A stretch of 64,000 bases of DNA from Candidatus Levyibacteriota bacterium. GTDB lineage: Bacteria > Patescibacteriota > Microgenomatia > Levybacterales > UBA12049. The stretch spans positions 17,021 through 81,020 of the forward strand of contig JBEKQZ010000001.1 in assembly GCA_049519175.1 (NCBI GenBank), read 5' to 3'. Positions 39,325 to 49,188 of this stretch are shown here, one piece after another. A program made the translations under genes and the position numbers. Within the stretch, counting starts at the first letter, position 1. Each line of letters starts with the position of its first letter. The notes below the pieces were generated by a model, which did not search any database, was not told where the DNA came from, and worked only from the letters and a program-made list of their open reading frames with translations.

Positions 39325-40362
39325 ATGGATAATTTGACCTTCGATAAAATAAAAGAAACCCTGTCCAAATACAATAATGTGGCTGTGGCGGTGCCGATCG
39401 ATCCGACGGTAGACGAAATGGGCGCGGCGCTTGGTTTATATCTGTCGCTAAAAGATATGGGCAAAGCAATGAGCATTGCCACCCCGAATACTCCTTTGGT
39501 TGAAGTTTCCGCTTTGGTTGGAATTGATGAAGTTAGAACGACTTTGGGCGAAGAATCAGGCGATTTAGTTGTTTCCTTTCCCTACCGGGAGGGCGAAATT
39601 GAAAAAGTTTCTTACACCAGAGACGATAACTATCTAAATATCGTAGTTAAAGCCGGAGAGAAAGGCTTAAATTTTACCCAACAAGACGTTAGATTCTCGC
39701 GTGGTTCAAAAGCACCGGAAATGCTATTCATTGTCGGCGCGGCCAGAATTTCAGACTTGGGGAAATTATTTGACCCGGCAGTTTTAAAAGATACGGTAGT
39801 TGTAAACATTGACAACAAGCCAGATAACCAGGGTTATGGTGATATCGTAATGGTCTCAAATCGATTTTCTTCAATCTCGGAAGCAATCGCCAATTTAATT
39901 TTAACCATTGGCGCAAAAATGGATTTGGATATTGCCGAGAATTTAATGTTGGGGATTACCACCGCCACCAATAATTTCCAGGATCCAAAAACCAGCTCTT
40001 TGGCTTTTGAAATGGCGGGAATTTTAATGCGCAACGGCGCGTTAAGACCAGCTTCCAGTCAACCTAAAAATACTCCGCTGGATTTTCCGGATGAGCAATT
40101 TTCAATGCCACAACCGGCCTTTCCTAAAAAAACTTTTAATGCTGGGCCGCCAAGACTGGTTCAGCCAAAACCTTTCAATCAGCAACCAAGACCGGTACAA
40201 TCCTTTCAACCAAAAGTCGTTCAAAGACCGCAGCAAACTAGAGAGCAGCTAAAACAAACTCCAATTAGTGCGGTTGAAGGAAAAGAAGCAACAGGCGTTG
40301 GAGAAAATCCGCCCGACGATTGGCTAACGCCAAAAATCTACAAAGGCTCAACCAACTTCTAA
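39325..40362 (+). CDS. NrnA/DHH-family phosphoesterase homologue with substituted catalytic motifs (predicted inactive) and a Pro/Gln-rich tail
   Basis: Collinear with NrnA: ...VAVAVPIDPTVDEMGAALGLYLSL... aligns to the (H)RHVRPDPDAYGS block, and ...NIDNKPDNQGYGDIVMV... aligns to the (K)IDHHPNEDPYGDLLWV block (DHH replaced by DNK). Sits in the conserved post-infB position. Confidence 0.5.
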   Translation: MDNLTFDKIKETLSKYNNVAVAVPIDPTVDEMGAALGLYLSLKDMGKAMSIATPNTPLVEVSALVGIDEVRTTLGEESGDLVVSFPYREGEIEKVSYTRDDNYLNIVVKAGEKGLNFTQQDVRFSRGSKAPEMLFIVGAARISDLGKLFDPAVLKDTVVVNIDNKPDNQGYGDIVMVSNRFSSISEAIANLILTIGAKMDLDIAENLMLGITTATNNFQDPKTSSLAFEMAGILMRNGALRPASSQPKNTPLDFPDEQFSMPQPAFPKKTFNAGPPRLVQPKPFNQQPRPVQSFQPKVVQRPQQTREQLKQTPISAVEGKEATGVGENPPDDWLTPKIYKGSTNF

Positions 40363-40369
40363 TAGACCA

Positions 40370-40398
40370 TTGCGAATGATTTTTAAAACTGCTATAAT
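40370..40398 (+). promoter_or_regulatory. rpsO promoter (TTGCGA-17-TATAAT)
   Basis: cattgcgaatgatttttaaaactgcTATAATtac, 18 nt upstream of the rpsO ATG. Confidence 0.5.
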
Positions 40399-40416
40399 TA
40401 CAAAAGTTAGTTTAAT

Positions 40417-40686
40417 ATGCCACTTAGTACTTCGGTAAAACAAGACATTATTAAAGAGTTTCAAACCGTTAAAGGAGATACGGGTAGTCCTGAGGTGCAA
40501 GTCGCGCTTTTGACTCACAGAATCGAAAGATTAACGGAACATTTAAAAGCGCACATGCACGATAACCATTCAAGACGAGGGTTATTGTCAATGATTGCCA
40601 AACGCAGAAGACTGATTAACTTTTTAGAAAAAGTGGATAAGTTAAGAGCCTCGGGAATCGCGAAAAGAGTAGGCCTTAAAGACTAA
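40417..40686 (+). CDS. rpsO: 30S ribosomal protein S15
   Basis: ...GDTGSPEVQVALLTHRIERLTEHLKAHMHDNHSRRGLLSMIAKRRRL.... Confidence 0.93.
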   Translation: MPLSTSVKQDIIKEFQTVKGDTGSPEVQVALLTHRIERLTEHLKAHMHDNHSRRGLLSMIAKRRRLINFLEKVDKLRASGIAKRVGLKD

Positions 40687-40708
40687 GATTGTTAGAAAGA
40701 ATTATTTA

Positions 40709-43015
40709 ATGAAAAAAACCTCGGTAAGTTTAGAATTAGCAGGGAAGAAATTGACCTTTGAAACCGGTGAATTAGCAGAGCAAGCGACAGCCTCGATTTT
40801 GGCTAGACTTGGTGATACGGTTGTGTTAGTCACGGTGGTTGAAGGCGGCCCAACCCAATTAGATTATTTTCCATTGTCGGTTGATTATGTCGAGCGTCTT
40901 TATGCCGGCGGAAAAATCAAAGGCTCGCGTTGGGTAAAAAGGGAAGGGCGACCCTCCGATGAAGCCATTTTAGCCGGAAGATTAATTGACCGTTCAATCC
41001 GCCCGCTATTCCCCAAAAGTTTTAAAAACGAAGTCCAGATTATCGTCACAGTTCTTTCTGTTGACGGAGAAAACGAACCGGACATTCTAGCTTTAAACGC
41101 GGTTTCGGCCGCACTGGCAATTTCGCGGATTCCCTGGAATGGACCAGTGGCAGCTGTAAGGATGGGACACGTTAAAGAAAACGGAACTGCAGCCGAATTT
41201 TTAATTAACCCGTCAGCCGCAGAACGGGAATTGTCGCAATTGGATATTGTCGCCTCGCAGCTAAAAGATAAAACCGTCATGATCGAAGCCGGAGCTTTGC
41301 AGGTAACGGAAGATGTTCTGGTCGAATCAATCGAAAGAGCCCACGTTGAAACCAAGAAAATAATCGGGTTAATTGAAGATTTAGTTAAAGAAGTCGGTCA
41401 GAAAAAATTGGCAGTTGTTGAGGATCCGCTCTTGCATGAATTGGCGGCTCTAATTGAAAAATCCTACGCCACCGAAGTGCAGGCTTTGATTAAAGCCAGA
41501 GTCGATAAGGACTCGGATCAGGATGACACTGATGCCTTAATCGGCAAAATTTACGAAGATTATAAAGTCGGAAATCCAAAAACAGAACTTGATAAAAAAG
41601 TCGTGCTTAACGCGCTGGAAAAAGTAATGTATCAGCTGGTTCGCACTAATGTTTTGAAAAACGGTAAAAGAGTGGACGGCCGGAAAATGGATGAAATCCG
41701 CACAATTCAGGCTTCGGTCGGAATTCTACCCAGAACCCACGGTAGCGCAATTTTCCAAAGAGGCATTACGCAGGCTTTATCAATTGTCACTTTAGGTAGT
41801 CCAAGGATGGAGCAACTAATCGAATCCGCCGAAGGCGAAGAAACAAAAAGATATATTCATCACTATTCGGGTTTGCCATATTCATTCGGGCAGACAGGTC
41901 GTGTTGGAACTCCTTCACGCAGAGAAATCGGACACGGAGCGTTGGCGGAAAGAGCACTTTTAGCCGTTATTCCAAAACAAGAAGTTTTTCCTTATACCAT
42001 CCGGGTAGTTTCGGAAGTTTTGTCACAAAACGGTTCCAGTTCGATGGCTTCAACTTGCGGTTCGACGCTGGCTTTAATGGATGCCGGCGTACCGATTACA
42101 AAACCGGTGGCCGGAATTTCCATTGGGATGATGTCGGATGAGAAAAAATATGAACTTTTGACCGACATTATCGGCTTGGAAGATTTTTCGGGCGACATGG
42201 ATTTCAAGGTTGCCGGAACCGACAGCGGCGTTACGGCAATCCAATTAGACGTTAAGATTCCGGGCTTGACAGTGGAACAAGTAAAAGCAATTTTGGAAAG
42301 AGCTAAAACTGCCAGACTTGCGATCTTAGAAAAAATCAAAGCCGTCATGCCAACGCCACGAGCTTCAATTTCGCAATACGCGCCAAAGATTGAGCAGGTC
42401 AAGATTCCGGTTGATAAAATTGGTGAAGTTATCGGGCCTGGCGGAAAGGTCATCAAAAATATCATCGCTACCACCGGAGCGCAAGTTGACGTTGAGGACG
42501 ACGGAACAGTGGCAATTTCGGGAACCGACGACGAAGCGGTCAAAAAGGCAGTCGAATGGGTAAAGGGTCTAGTTAGGGAAGTGCAACCGGGAGAAACTTT
42601 TGAAGGCGAAGTCAAAAGAATTTTACCTTTCGGGGCATTTGTCGAAATTTTGCCGGGTAAAGAGGGAATGGTGCATGTTTCCAAAATGTCGACGGAATTT
42701 GTCAACGACCCGAATGATGTCGTAAAAATCGGACAAAAAGTGAAAGTGCGAGTGGTGGAAATCGATGATCAGGGTAGAGTAAATCTATCAATGTTGTTCG
42801 GTGAAGATGCCGATAAGCCAAAAGCGCCAAGGCCAATGGGGACGCCGGTAGCCGGAGGAACTTATCAGTCTAGAACACCAAGTGAGCATCCACTAGCAAT
42901 GCAATTTAGAAGAGAAAGAGGCAGGACTTCAGGAGGCTCGGGAGACTGGAGAAGCAGGAGTTCAAGGCCAGGTTCAAGACCTAGTTTCAACAAAGATCGA
43001 AAACCACGCTATTAA
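40709..43015 (+). CDS. pnp: Polyribonucleotide nucleotidyltransferase (PNPase)
   Basis: Two RNase PH domains (...GGKIKGSRWVKREGRPSDEAILAGRLIDRSIRPLFP...), KH and S1 domains, and an Arg/Gly/Ser-rich tail. 768 aa. Confidence 0.95.
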   Translation: MKKTSVSLELAGKKLTFETGELAEQATASILARLGDTVVLVTVVEGGPTQLDYFPLSVDYVERLYAGGKIKGSRWVKREGRPSDEAILAGRLIDRSIRPLFPKSFKNEVQIIVTVLSVDGENEPDILALNAVSAALAISRIPWNGPVAAVRMGHVKENGTAAEFLINPSAAERELSQLDIVASQLKDKTVMIEAGALQVTEDVLVESIERAHVETKKIIGLIEDLVKEVGQKKLAVVEDPLLHELAALIEKSYATEVQALIKARVDKDSDQDDTDALIGKIYEDYKVGNPKTELDKKVVLNALEKVMYQLVRTNVLKNGKRVDGRKMDEIRTIQASVGILPRTHGSAIFQRGITQALSIVTLGSPRMEQLIESAEGEETKRYIHHYSGLPYSFGQTGRVGTPSRREIGHGALAERALLAVIPKQEVFPYTIRVVSEVLSQNGSSSMASTCGSTLALMDAGVPITKPVAGISIGMMSDEKKYELLTDIIGLEDFSGDMDFKVAGTDSGVTAIQLDVKIPGLTVEQVKAILERAKTARLAILEKIKAVMPTPRASISQYAPKIEQVKIPVDKIGEVIGPGGKVIKNIIATTGAQVDVEDDGTVAISGTDDEAVKKAVEWVKGLVREVQPGETFEGEVKRILPFGAFVEILPGKEGMVHVSKMSTEFVNDPNDVVKIGQKVKVRVVEIDDQGRVNLSMLFGEDADKPKAPRPMGTPVAGGTYQSRTPSEHPLAMQFRRERGRTSGGSGDWRSRSSRPGSRPSFNKDRKPRY

Positions 43016-43080
43016 ATTTAATTCCGCGTTTCTAGTTTTATTGTTAGTCATTAATCATTGGTATCTGTTATTATTAAAGT

Positions 43081-44733
43081 ATGGAAAATAATTTATCCTT
43101 AATTCCCATTGGCGGCGTCGGTGACGTTACCAAAAACATGTATCTTTACGAGTACAAAAACGAAATCCTAATTGTCGATTGCGGTTTGGGATTTGCCGAT
43201 GAAACCATGCTTGGCGTCGACCTTTTAATTCCCGACGTATCCTATCTTAAAAATTTGCAAGGCAAAAAAATTGTCGGCATGGCTTTAACCCATGGACACG
43301 AAGATCATATTGGTGGACTGCCGTATATTTTGCCCGACCTTCCCGGTCAGTTCCCAATTTACGCTACACCTTTAACGGCGGAGTTGGCCAACGCTAAGCT
43401 TAAAGATTATGGCCTAACTCCTCGGGTGCAAAAAGTCAATTTTGACGGAGGAGAAATTAGGATTGGTCCGTTTACGCTCAATTTCATCCGGGTAACGCAT
43501 TCGGTTCTGGACAGCTCGAATATTTTCATCAAAACTCCGGCCGGAAATTTTTATCACGGTAGCGACTATAAAATTGATTTAACGCCTTTTGACGGCAAGA
43601 AAACCGATTTTAAAAAAATTGCTCAAGTTTCCAAAGAAGGCGTTTTATGCATGCTGTCGGATTGTCTGGGTTCGGAACGCAAAGGCCACACGCCGTCGGA
43701 ATTTAAGCTGACCGCCGCTTTTGAAGAGGAGCTGGAAAACTGTAAAGGCAAATTTATTGTCACCACTTATTCTTCCAATATTTCCCGGGTTAACCAGGTT
43801 TTAAAAGTGGCGGAAAAGGCAGGCCGAAAAGTTTGTTTTGTCGGCCGGTCGGTGATTAAAGCCAAAGAAATCGCCCAAAATCTAGGCTACATCAGGATGC
43901 CAAGGGGAATGGAAATTGGTACGGAGCAACTGAAAAATTACAAGGATTCAGACATTGTTTTATTAGTCGCGGGCAGTCAAGGTCAGGGAAATTCGGCGCT
44001 GACAAGAATTGTTGACGGGCAGTTTAAAGAAATTCATTTAACACCCAATGACGTCGTGATTTTTTCGGCCGATCCAATCCCCGGCAATGAAGTTTCGGTA
44101 TACGCTTTAGTTGATGACATTGCCAGAATTGGTTCAAGGGTAATCTATTCGGAGCTCTCCGATGCATTTCATGTTTCCGGACATGCCTCGTCCGAAGATT
44201 TGACGTTGATGATGAATTTAGTCAACCCCAAAATAGTTTTACCGATTGGCGGAACGTTTCGACAAATGGTGCAATACCGAAGTTTGGCGGAGAAACAGGG
44301 TTTTGAGCCAAAAAATATTCTGCTTTTGGAAGATGGACAGGAAGTTATTTTTAACCAAAACGGCGCCAGACTGGGCCGGAAATTAAATTTGGAAAATGTT
44401 TATGTCGACCAAATTTCCGGCGAAGAAGTCGAAGGCTTTGTGCTTCGGGACAGGCAAAGATTGGCAACAGACGGAGTAGTGGTGATACTCTCGGAAATTG
44501 CTTTAAGCGGCAGGATTGACAATTTGGACATTATCGTCAAAGGACTTTCTCAGCAAGAAACAGTTGATATTCAAACTAGCCTAGCTAAAGAAATTAAAGA
44601 GAAAATGACGCAAAGGCAAGGTATCAGAGACAGATTCTTAATGCGTAAAGCCATCAGCGACATCGCAGAAAAATTCATCTTTAGGAAACTGCGCAAACAC
44701 CCGTTAATTCTTCCGGTAGCGATAGAAGTTTAA
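43081..44733 (+). CDS. rnj: Ribonuclease J (metallo-beta-lactamase / beta-CASP)
   Basis: ...VGMALTHGHEDHIGGLPYIL..., with beta-CASP and C-terminal domains. 550 aa. Confidence 0.92.
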   Translation: MENNLSLIPIGGVGDVTKNMYLYEYKNEILIVDCGLGFADETMLGVDLLIPDVSYLKNLQGKKIVGMALTHGHEDHIGGLPYILPDLPGQFPIYATPLTAELANAKLKDYGLTPRVQKVNFDGGEIRIGPFTLNFIRVTHSVLDSSNIFIKTPAGNFYHGSDYKIDLTPFDGKKTDFKKIAQVSKEGVLCMLSDCLGSERKGHTPSEFKLTAAFEEELENCKGKFIVTTYSSNISRVNQVLKVAEKAGRKVCFVGRSVIKAKEIAQNLGYIRMPRGMEIGTEQLKNYKDSDIVLLVAGSQGQGNSALTRIVDGQFKEIHLTPNDVVIFSADPIPGNEVSVYALVDDIARIGSRVIYSELSDAFHVSGHASSEDLTLMMNLVNPKIVLPIGGTFRQMVQYRSLAEKQGFEPKNILLLEDGQEVIFNQNGARLGRKLNLENVYVDQISGEEVEGFVLRDRQRLATDGVVVILSEIALSGRIDNLDIIVKGLSQQETVDIQTSLAKEIKEKMTQRQGIRDRFLMRKAISDIAEKFIFRKLRKHPLILPVAIEV

Positions 44734-44768
44734 GCTGTTTCTCAGAAATCTAGTCTAATATTTAATTG

Positions 44769-44804
44769 AGCGCTTCGAGGGGCAACTTGAAGCGCTTTTT
44801 TTTT
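44769..44804 (+). terminator. Strong rho-independent terminator after rnj
   Basis: AGCGCTTC-(12-nt loop)-GAAGCGCT followed by an 8-9 T run. Confidence 0.75.
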
Positions 44805-44832
44805 GCAAAATTAAGGATTGAACTTGTAGTCC

Positions 44833-46962
44833 TTGGGTAAAATATCTATAATGTTTTATATGGCCAGAAGGCATTATCAAAAACATAAATTAAAGATTAA
44901 GCTTAAGAAAAACACGGTTTATTCAATTGTGGCTTTTTTGGTTATCCTGGGAGGGTTTTTATTGGGGCTGTCTTATACCCGCAATGGTTCGTCTTTTACT
45001 TCTCTAAACGATTACGTAATTGCTTATTTTGGCATGCTTGGACTTTTACTCCCGGTGCTTTTAGTGCTTTTCGGTTTCTTCTTTTTAAAACTGAAATTTT
45101 TTCTTTCCAAGCCTAACGTGGCCATCGGCTTTTTAATTTTCTTCGTTTCGCTGTTGGGACTGGCCAAAGCCGGTTCGTCCGGACTGTATCTAAACCAGTT
45201 GCTGTCGGAGATAATTACCGGAACGGGCGCATTTTTGGTTTATCTGGCCGGCGTGTTTGTCGGAGCGGTGGTTTTTTTTGACACTTCGGTAGACGAAGTG
45301 GTAGCGTTTTTCGGTTCGATTCTGAAACTTTTACAAAAACTTGTTCCAAGTCGTGCTTTATCTTTTTTCAAGAAAAAACCCTCCGGTTTGGAAAAACAGA
45401 TGGTGATTAAAGGGATGGGCAATAAAGAAGTGCCAATGCCTAAAGAAGTTAAAATCAATGCCGGCGCGCCGCTTAAAAAAGGCGAGGCGCCTTTAATTTC
45501 GGACAAACTGGTGATGAACGCGCCGGGTAGAACCGGGATTTGGCATTTGCCGCCTTTGGATTTATTGTCGAATGAATCAACGCAAAAAGCCGATCGTGGA
45601 GACGTTAAAAAAGTGGCCGCTAAAATTGAAGAAACGCTCAAAAGTTTTGGTATCGGAGCCAGAGTGGTCGAAGTCAATCTTGGCCCGGCAGTTACCCAAT
45701 ACGCTTTACAAATTCCGCTGGGGACAAAAGTTTCCAAAATTACCAATTTAGCTAACGACCTGGCGTTAAATACCGAAGCGCCGACCGGTCAAATCAGAAT
45801 TGAAGCGCCGATTCCCGGCCGGAATTTGGTCGGCATCGAAATTCCGAACCGCAGTTTGGAAATCGTTACTTTGCGGACCATGCTTTCTTCGGATTTGATG
45901 CGTAAACACAAATCAAAATTGGCGGTGTCGCTTGGCTTGGATGTTTCGGGCAATCCTTTAATGGCCGATATCGGCAAAATGCCGCATGTGCTGATTGCCG
46001 GAACGACCGGCTCGGGAAAATCGGTGCTCATCAATTCTTTTATCGCCTCGCTTTTATTCCGCGCCACTCCCGACGAATTAAAACTCATCCTTGTTGATCC
46101 GAAACGGGTCGAACTCACCGGTTATAATGGCATTCCGCATTTGATGACGCCGGTAATTGTGGAAGTCGATCAGATTTTGGCGTCGCTCAAATGGGCGTTG
46201 GGAGAAATGGACAGGCGCTATAAAACTTTTGCCGAACACGGCGTCCGCAATATCGACGGTTATAATGAGCTAGCCGGTTTCCAAACTTTGCCGTATATCG
46301 TCGTTTTCATTGACGAGCTGGCGGACTTGATGGCTTACGCGCCGGTTGAGGTTGAGGATGCCATTGCCAGGCTCGCCCAGATGGCCAGAGCCACCGGAAT
46401 CCATTTAGTGGTTTCTACTCAGCGTCCGTCGGTAGATGTTATTACCGGTTTAATTAAAGCCAATATCCCTTGCCGAATTGCCTTTAACGTTTCTTCGATG
46501 ATTGATTCCAGGGTTATTATCGATATGCCGGGGGCAGAAAAATTATTGGGACGGGGAGACATGTTGTATATTCCACCGGAACAGGCCAAACCAACCCGTA
46601 TTCAGGGTGCCTTTGTTTCGGAAAAGGAAGTAAAAAGACTGGTCGATTTTCTCAAGAACGAAAATCCGCCGGTTGAATATACCGAAGAAGTGCTGGCCGA
46701 GCCGCTGGTGGTTAAAAGGGGTATGGCCTCAACCGGTGAAGGTGGCCGTGATGCTTTATTCGCCGAGTCAATCCGGGTAATTTGCCAGCATGATAAAGCC
46801 TCGGCCTCACTTTTACAAAGAAGGTTGTCAATTGGTTATTCCAGGGCTGCCAGAATTTTAGATCAGTTGGAAGCTGTGGGAGTGGTTGGGCGGGCTGAAG
46901 GCAGTAAGCCGCGCGACGTTTTAATTCGTGACGCCGAAGAGTTTATCCAAACCCTAGAATAA
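44833..46962 (+). CDS. ftsK: DNA translocase FtsK/SpoIIIE
   Basis: N-terminal 4-TM domain, ...VLIAGTTGSGKSVLINSFIASLL... Walker A, and a gamma domain at the C-terminus. Alternative start at MARRHYQ (about 44860). Confidence 0.93.
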   Translation: MGKISIMFYMARRHYQKHKLKIKLKKNTVYSIVAFLVILGGFLLGLSYTRNGSSFTSLNDYVIAYFGMLGLLLPVLLVLFGFFFLKLKFFLSKPNVAIGFLIFFVSLLGLAKAGSSGLYLNQLLSEIITGTGAFLVYLAGVFVGAVVFFDTSVDEVVAFFGSILKLLQKLVPSRALSFFKKKPSGLEKQMVIKGMGNKEVPMPKEVKINAGAPLKKGEAPLISDKLVMNAPGRTGIWHLPPLDLLSNESTQKADRGDVKKVAAKIEETLKSFGIGARVVEVNLGPAVTQYALQIPLGTKVSKITNLANDLALNTEAPTGQIRIEAPIPGRNLVGIEIPNRSLEIVTLRTMLSSDLMRKHKSKLAVSLGLDVSGNPLMADIGKMPHVLIAGTTGSGKSVLINSFIASLLFRATPDELKLILVDPKRVELTGYNGIPHLMTPVIVEVDQILASLKWALGEMDRRYKTFAEHGVRNIDGYNELAGFQTLPYIVVFIDELADLMAYAPVEVEDAIARLAQMARATGIHLVVSTQRPSVDVITGLIKANIPCRIAFNVSSMIDSRVIIDMPGAEKLLGRGDMLYIPPEQAKPTRIQGAFVSEKEVKRLVDFLKNENPPVEYTEEVLAEPLVVKRGMASTGEGGRDALFAESIRVICQHDKASASLLQRRLSIGYSRAARILDQLEAVGVVGRAEGSKPRDVLIRDAEEFIQTLE

Positions 46963-46972
46963 CCCCCAATTT

Positions 46973-47614
46973 ATGATTAAATCCGGAGAGAAATTACAAC
47001 AGGCAAGGATTGAAAAAGGTTTAAACTTGGAAGATGTTGCCAAGGCAACCAAAATTAAAAGTCAATTTTTGTCTTATATTGAAGAGGGTAATTATCAAAA
47101 ACTTCCCTCGGCTTCCTATGCTTATGGTTTTGTCCGCAATTATGCCCGTTATCTTGGGCTTTCCGATCAGGAAATCTTGGCGCTTTTTAGACGTGAATTT
47201 GATGAAGATAAGGCTTATCGCGTGTTGCCTAAAGGATTGGAAGAACGCACCGAATTTCCAATTGTCAGATTTAAAGCAAAACAGACAATTTTTCTCTGTG
47301 CGATAGCCTTTATTCTATTGGCCGGATATCTATTATTTCAGTACCGCGATGCGTTTTTAAATCCGCCGTTAACCATCTCTTCTCCTAAAAACATGAGTAG
47401 TATTACTTCATCTCAAGTCACCGTTTCCGGACAGACCGATCCTAACGCTACGGTTTATGTCGAAAAAAATGCGGTTTCGGTCGATGAAAATGGTAATTTC
47501 CAAAAAGTAATTACGGTTTTTCCGGGAATAACGACGATAACAGTCAGAGTGGTTAACCGTTTTTCTAAAGAAACAGATAAAAAGATCCAAATTGATGTAA
47601 AGACAGGGACTTGA
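46973..47614 (+). CDS. rodZ: RodZ-like cytoskeleton protein (HTH_XRE N-domain, TM, C-terminal beta domain)
   Basis: ...GEKLQQARIEKGLNLEDVAKATKIKSQFLSYIEEGNYQKLPSASYAYGFVRNYARYLGL..., then a TM (IFLCAIAFILLAGYLLF). Confidence 0.75.
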   Translation: MIKSGEKLQQARIEKGLNLEDVAKATKIKSQFLSYIEEGNYQKLPSASYAYGFVRNYARYLGLSDQEILALFRREFDEDKAYRVLPKGLEERTEFPIVRFKAKQTIFLCAIAFILLAGYLLFQYRDAFLNPPLTISSPKNMSSITSSQVTVSGQTDPNATVYVEKNAVSVDENGNFQKVITVFPGITTITVRVVNRFSKETDKKIQIDVKTGT

Positions 47615-47650
47615 CATCAGGGCTCAATTAAGATAGTTTTATCTTACGAC

Positions 47651-47926
47651 ATGATAGATCCTGCCCAAACAGCTTTGTTTATCGTTATCATTATCCTAAC
47701 GGTTCTGTTAGTGATATTAGGCGTTCAAGTTTTTTTCATTCTCCGCGAGCTTCGAAAGACCATTGGCAAAGTCAATAAAGTTTTGGATGATACTAGTTTA
47801 ATTACCGAAAGCGTTTCCAAGCCAATAGCATCTTTATCAACTTTAACAATGGGGTTAAAAACTGGTGCCACTATTGCCCGAATTCTTAATGGCGGTAAGC
47901 ATCATAAGGAGAAAAAGGATGAATGA
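47651..47926 (+). CDS. DUF948-like small membrane protein
   Basis: N-terminal TM followed by a coiled-coil segment. 91 aa. Confidence 0.5.
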   Translation: MIDPAQTALFIVIIILTVLLVILGVQVFFILRELRKTIGKVNKVLDDTSLITESVSKPIASLSTLTMGLKTGATIARILNGGKHHKEKKDE

Positions 47927-48227
47927 TAATAAATTTACCACAGGTTTATTGTTGGGATTGATTTTAGGCGGAGGCGCCGTTTTTTTATTGGGAACCAGGA
48001 CCGGCAAAAACCTGTTGAAAATTGTTTCCGAACGGGGCATGGATGGATTGGTGGAGCTTTTGGAAGAATATAATTTTGATGATTTAGAAGAGGAAGAAAT
48101 GGCAGATGAAGGTGAAATTCCGGCGGAAGAAGTTCAACCGGAGTCAAAAGAAGAAACATCGAGTCATCAATCCGAGAAAAAGGATTCGTCCCCAAAAAAG
48201 CACTTCTTCAAAAGAATCAGGAAATAA
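47919..48227 (+). CDS. YtxH-like small membrane protein with acidic tail
   Basis: MNDNKFTTGLLLGLILGGGAVFLLGTRTGKNLLK... matches the YtxH N-terminal pattern. The start was moved to the ATG at 47919 (AAGGA SD upstream, 8-nt overlap with the previous gene) instead of the ORF-track start at 47865. Confidence 0.5.
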   Translation: MNDNKFTTGLLLGLILGGGAVFLLGTRTGKNLLKIVSERGMDGLVELLEEYNFDDLEEEEMADEGEIPAEEVQPESKEETSSHQSEKKDSSPKKHFFKRIRK

Positions 48228-48228
48228 T

Positions 48229-49188
48229 TTATTGGCCGTATTTGGCAATGTTGGCTTCGTGCCCCTGAAGAGTAGTGGCAAAATGTAAGTGCCCTTGTTT
48301 GTCGGCAAAGAAGTACAGATAATCGGTTTTGGCCGGATTCAAAGCAGCTTCAATTGCGGACAAGCCCGGATTACTAATCGGTCCTGGCGGAAGGCCGGGA
48401 TTTTTCCTGGTATTGTACGGAGAGTCAATCTCTAGATCGGCAGCGGTTAAATCTTTTTTCCACCAGGTCTTGGTATCCGGCTGATAACCCAAAGCATACA
48501 TGACGGTTGGATCGGAGCCCAAAGCCATTCCAATGTTTAGCCTGTTGATAAACACCGAAGCGACTAATGGCCGGTCCTGGGCAAACATTGCTTCTCTTTC
48601 GATAATAGAAGCAAGGATAATTGTTTGAGCATCAGTTAAGTTAGTTGTCTTCTCGTTTCTAACGCTATCGTATTTGGTTTGGAAATTATTTTTCATCAGC
48701 GTTATGACCGTATTCACATCGGCGTCCCGCGGGATTAAATAAGTATCGGGGAATAGGTATCCCTCGTTGGCGTCTAATGCGGCGCGCCAGGATTCATTAT
48801 AACTGGGAAGTTTCTCTTTGAATAGGTCGGCAATTTCGTCTGCCCGGTATCCTTCCGGAATCGTTACCCAAATATCTAATGTTCCATGGGTCAGGTCACT
48901 GGCTACCTCACTCATCGTCATTGCCGGGTTTAGGCGGAAATCCCCCGCCTGGATTTGCTTATCCAAGCCGTTAATTCTGGCGTATAAGAAGAAAACAATC
49001 GGGTCGCGGATTAATCCGGCGGTTTTTAAATTATTGGCAATTTCCCTGACACCCTCACTTTTATCAATCACAAATATTTTGGGAGCTTTGTCGCTACTAT
49101 TGGCTGCCAATAGCCCATTTTGCCACCAGAGGAAAATTCCGACTGCCAGAACTACTAAAATCGTAATTAAAGCAACTAACCTTTTCAT
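48229..49188 (-). CDS. mltG: Endolytic murein transglycosylase MltG (YceG family)
   Basis: N-terminal TM. ...DYLYFFADKQGHLHFATTLQGHEANIAKY C-terminal signature. Confidence 0.85.
   Translation of the reverse strand: MKRLVALITILVVLAVGIFLWWQNGLLAANSSDKAPKIFVIDKSEGVREIANNLKTAGLIRDPIVFFLYARINGLDKQIQAGDFRLNPAMTMSEVASDLTHGTLDIWVTIPEGYRADEIADLFKEKLPSYNESWRAALDANEGYLFPDTYLIPRDADVNTVITLMKNNFQTKYDSVRNEKTTNLTDAQTIILASIIEREAMFAQDRPLVASVFINRLNIGMALGSDPTVMYALGYQPDTKTWWKKDLTAADLEIDSPYNTRKNPGLPPGPISNPGLSAIEAALNPAKTDYLYFFADKQGHLHFATTLQGHEANIAKYGQ

Noticed and set aside
47615-47650. Perfect 6-bp inverted repeat AAGATA-gttt-TATCTT upstream of the DUF948-like gene
   Set aside because: Too short and AT-rich to call as an operator or terminator without conservation data.
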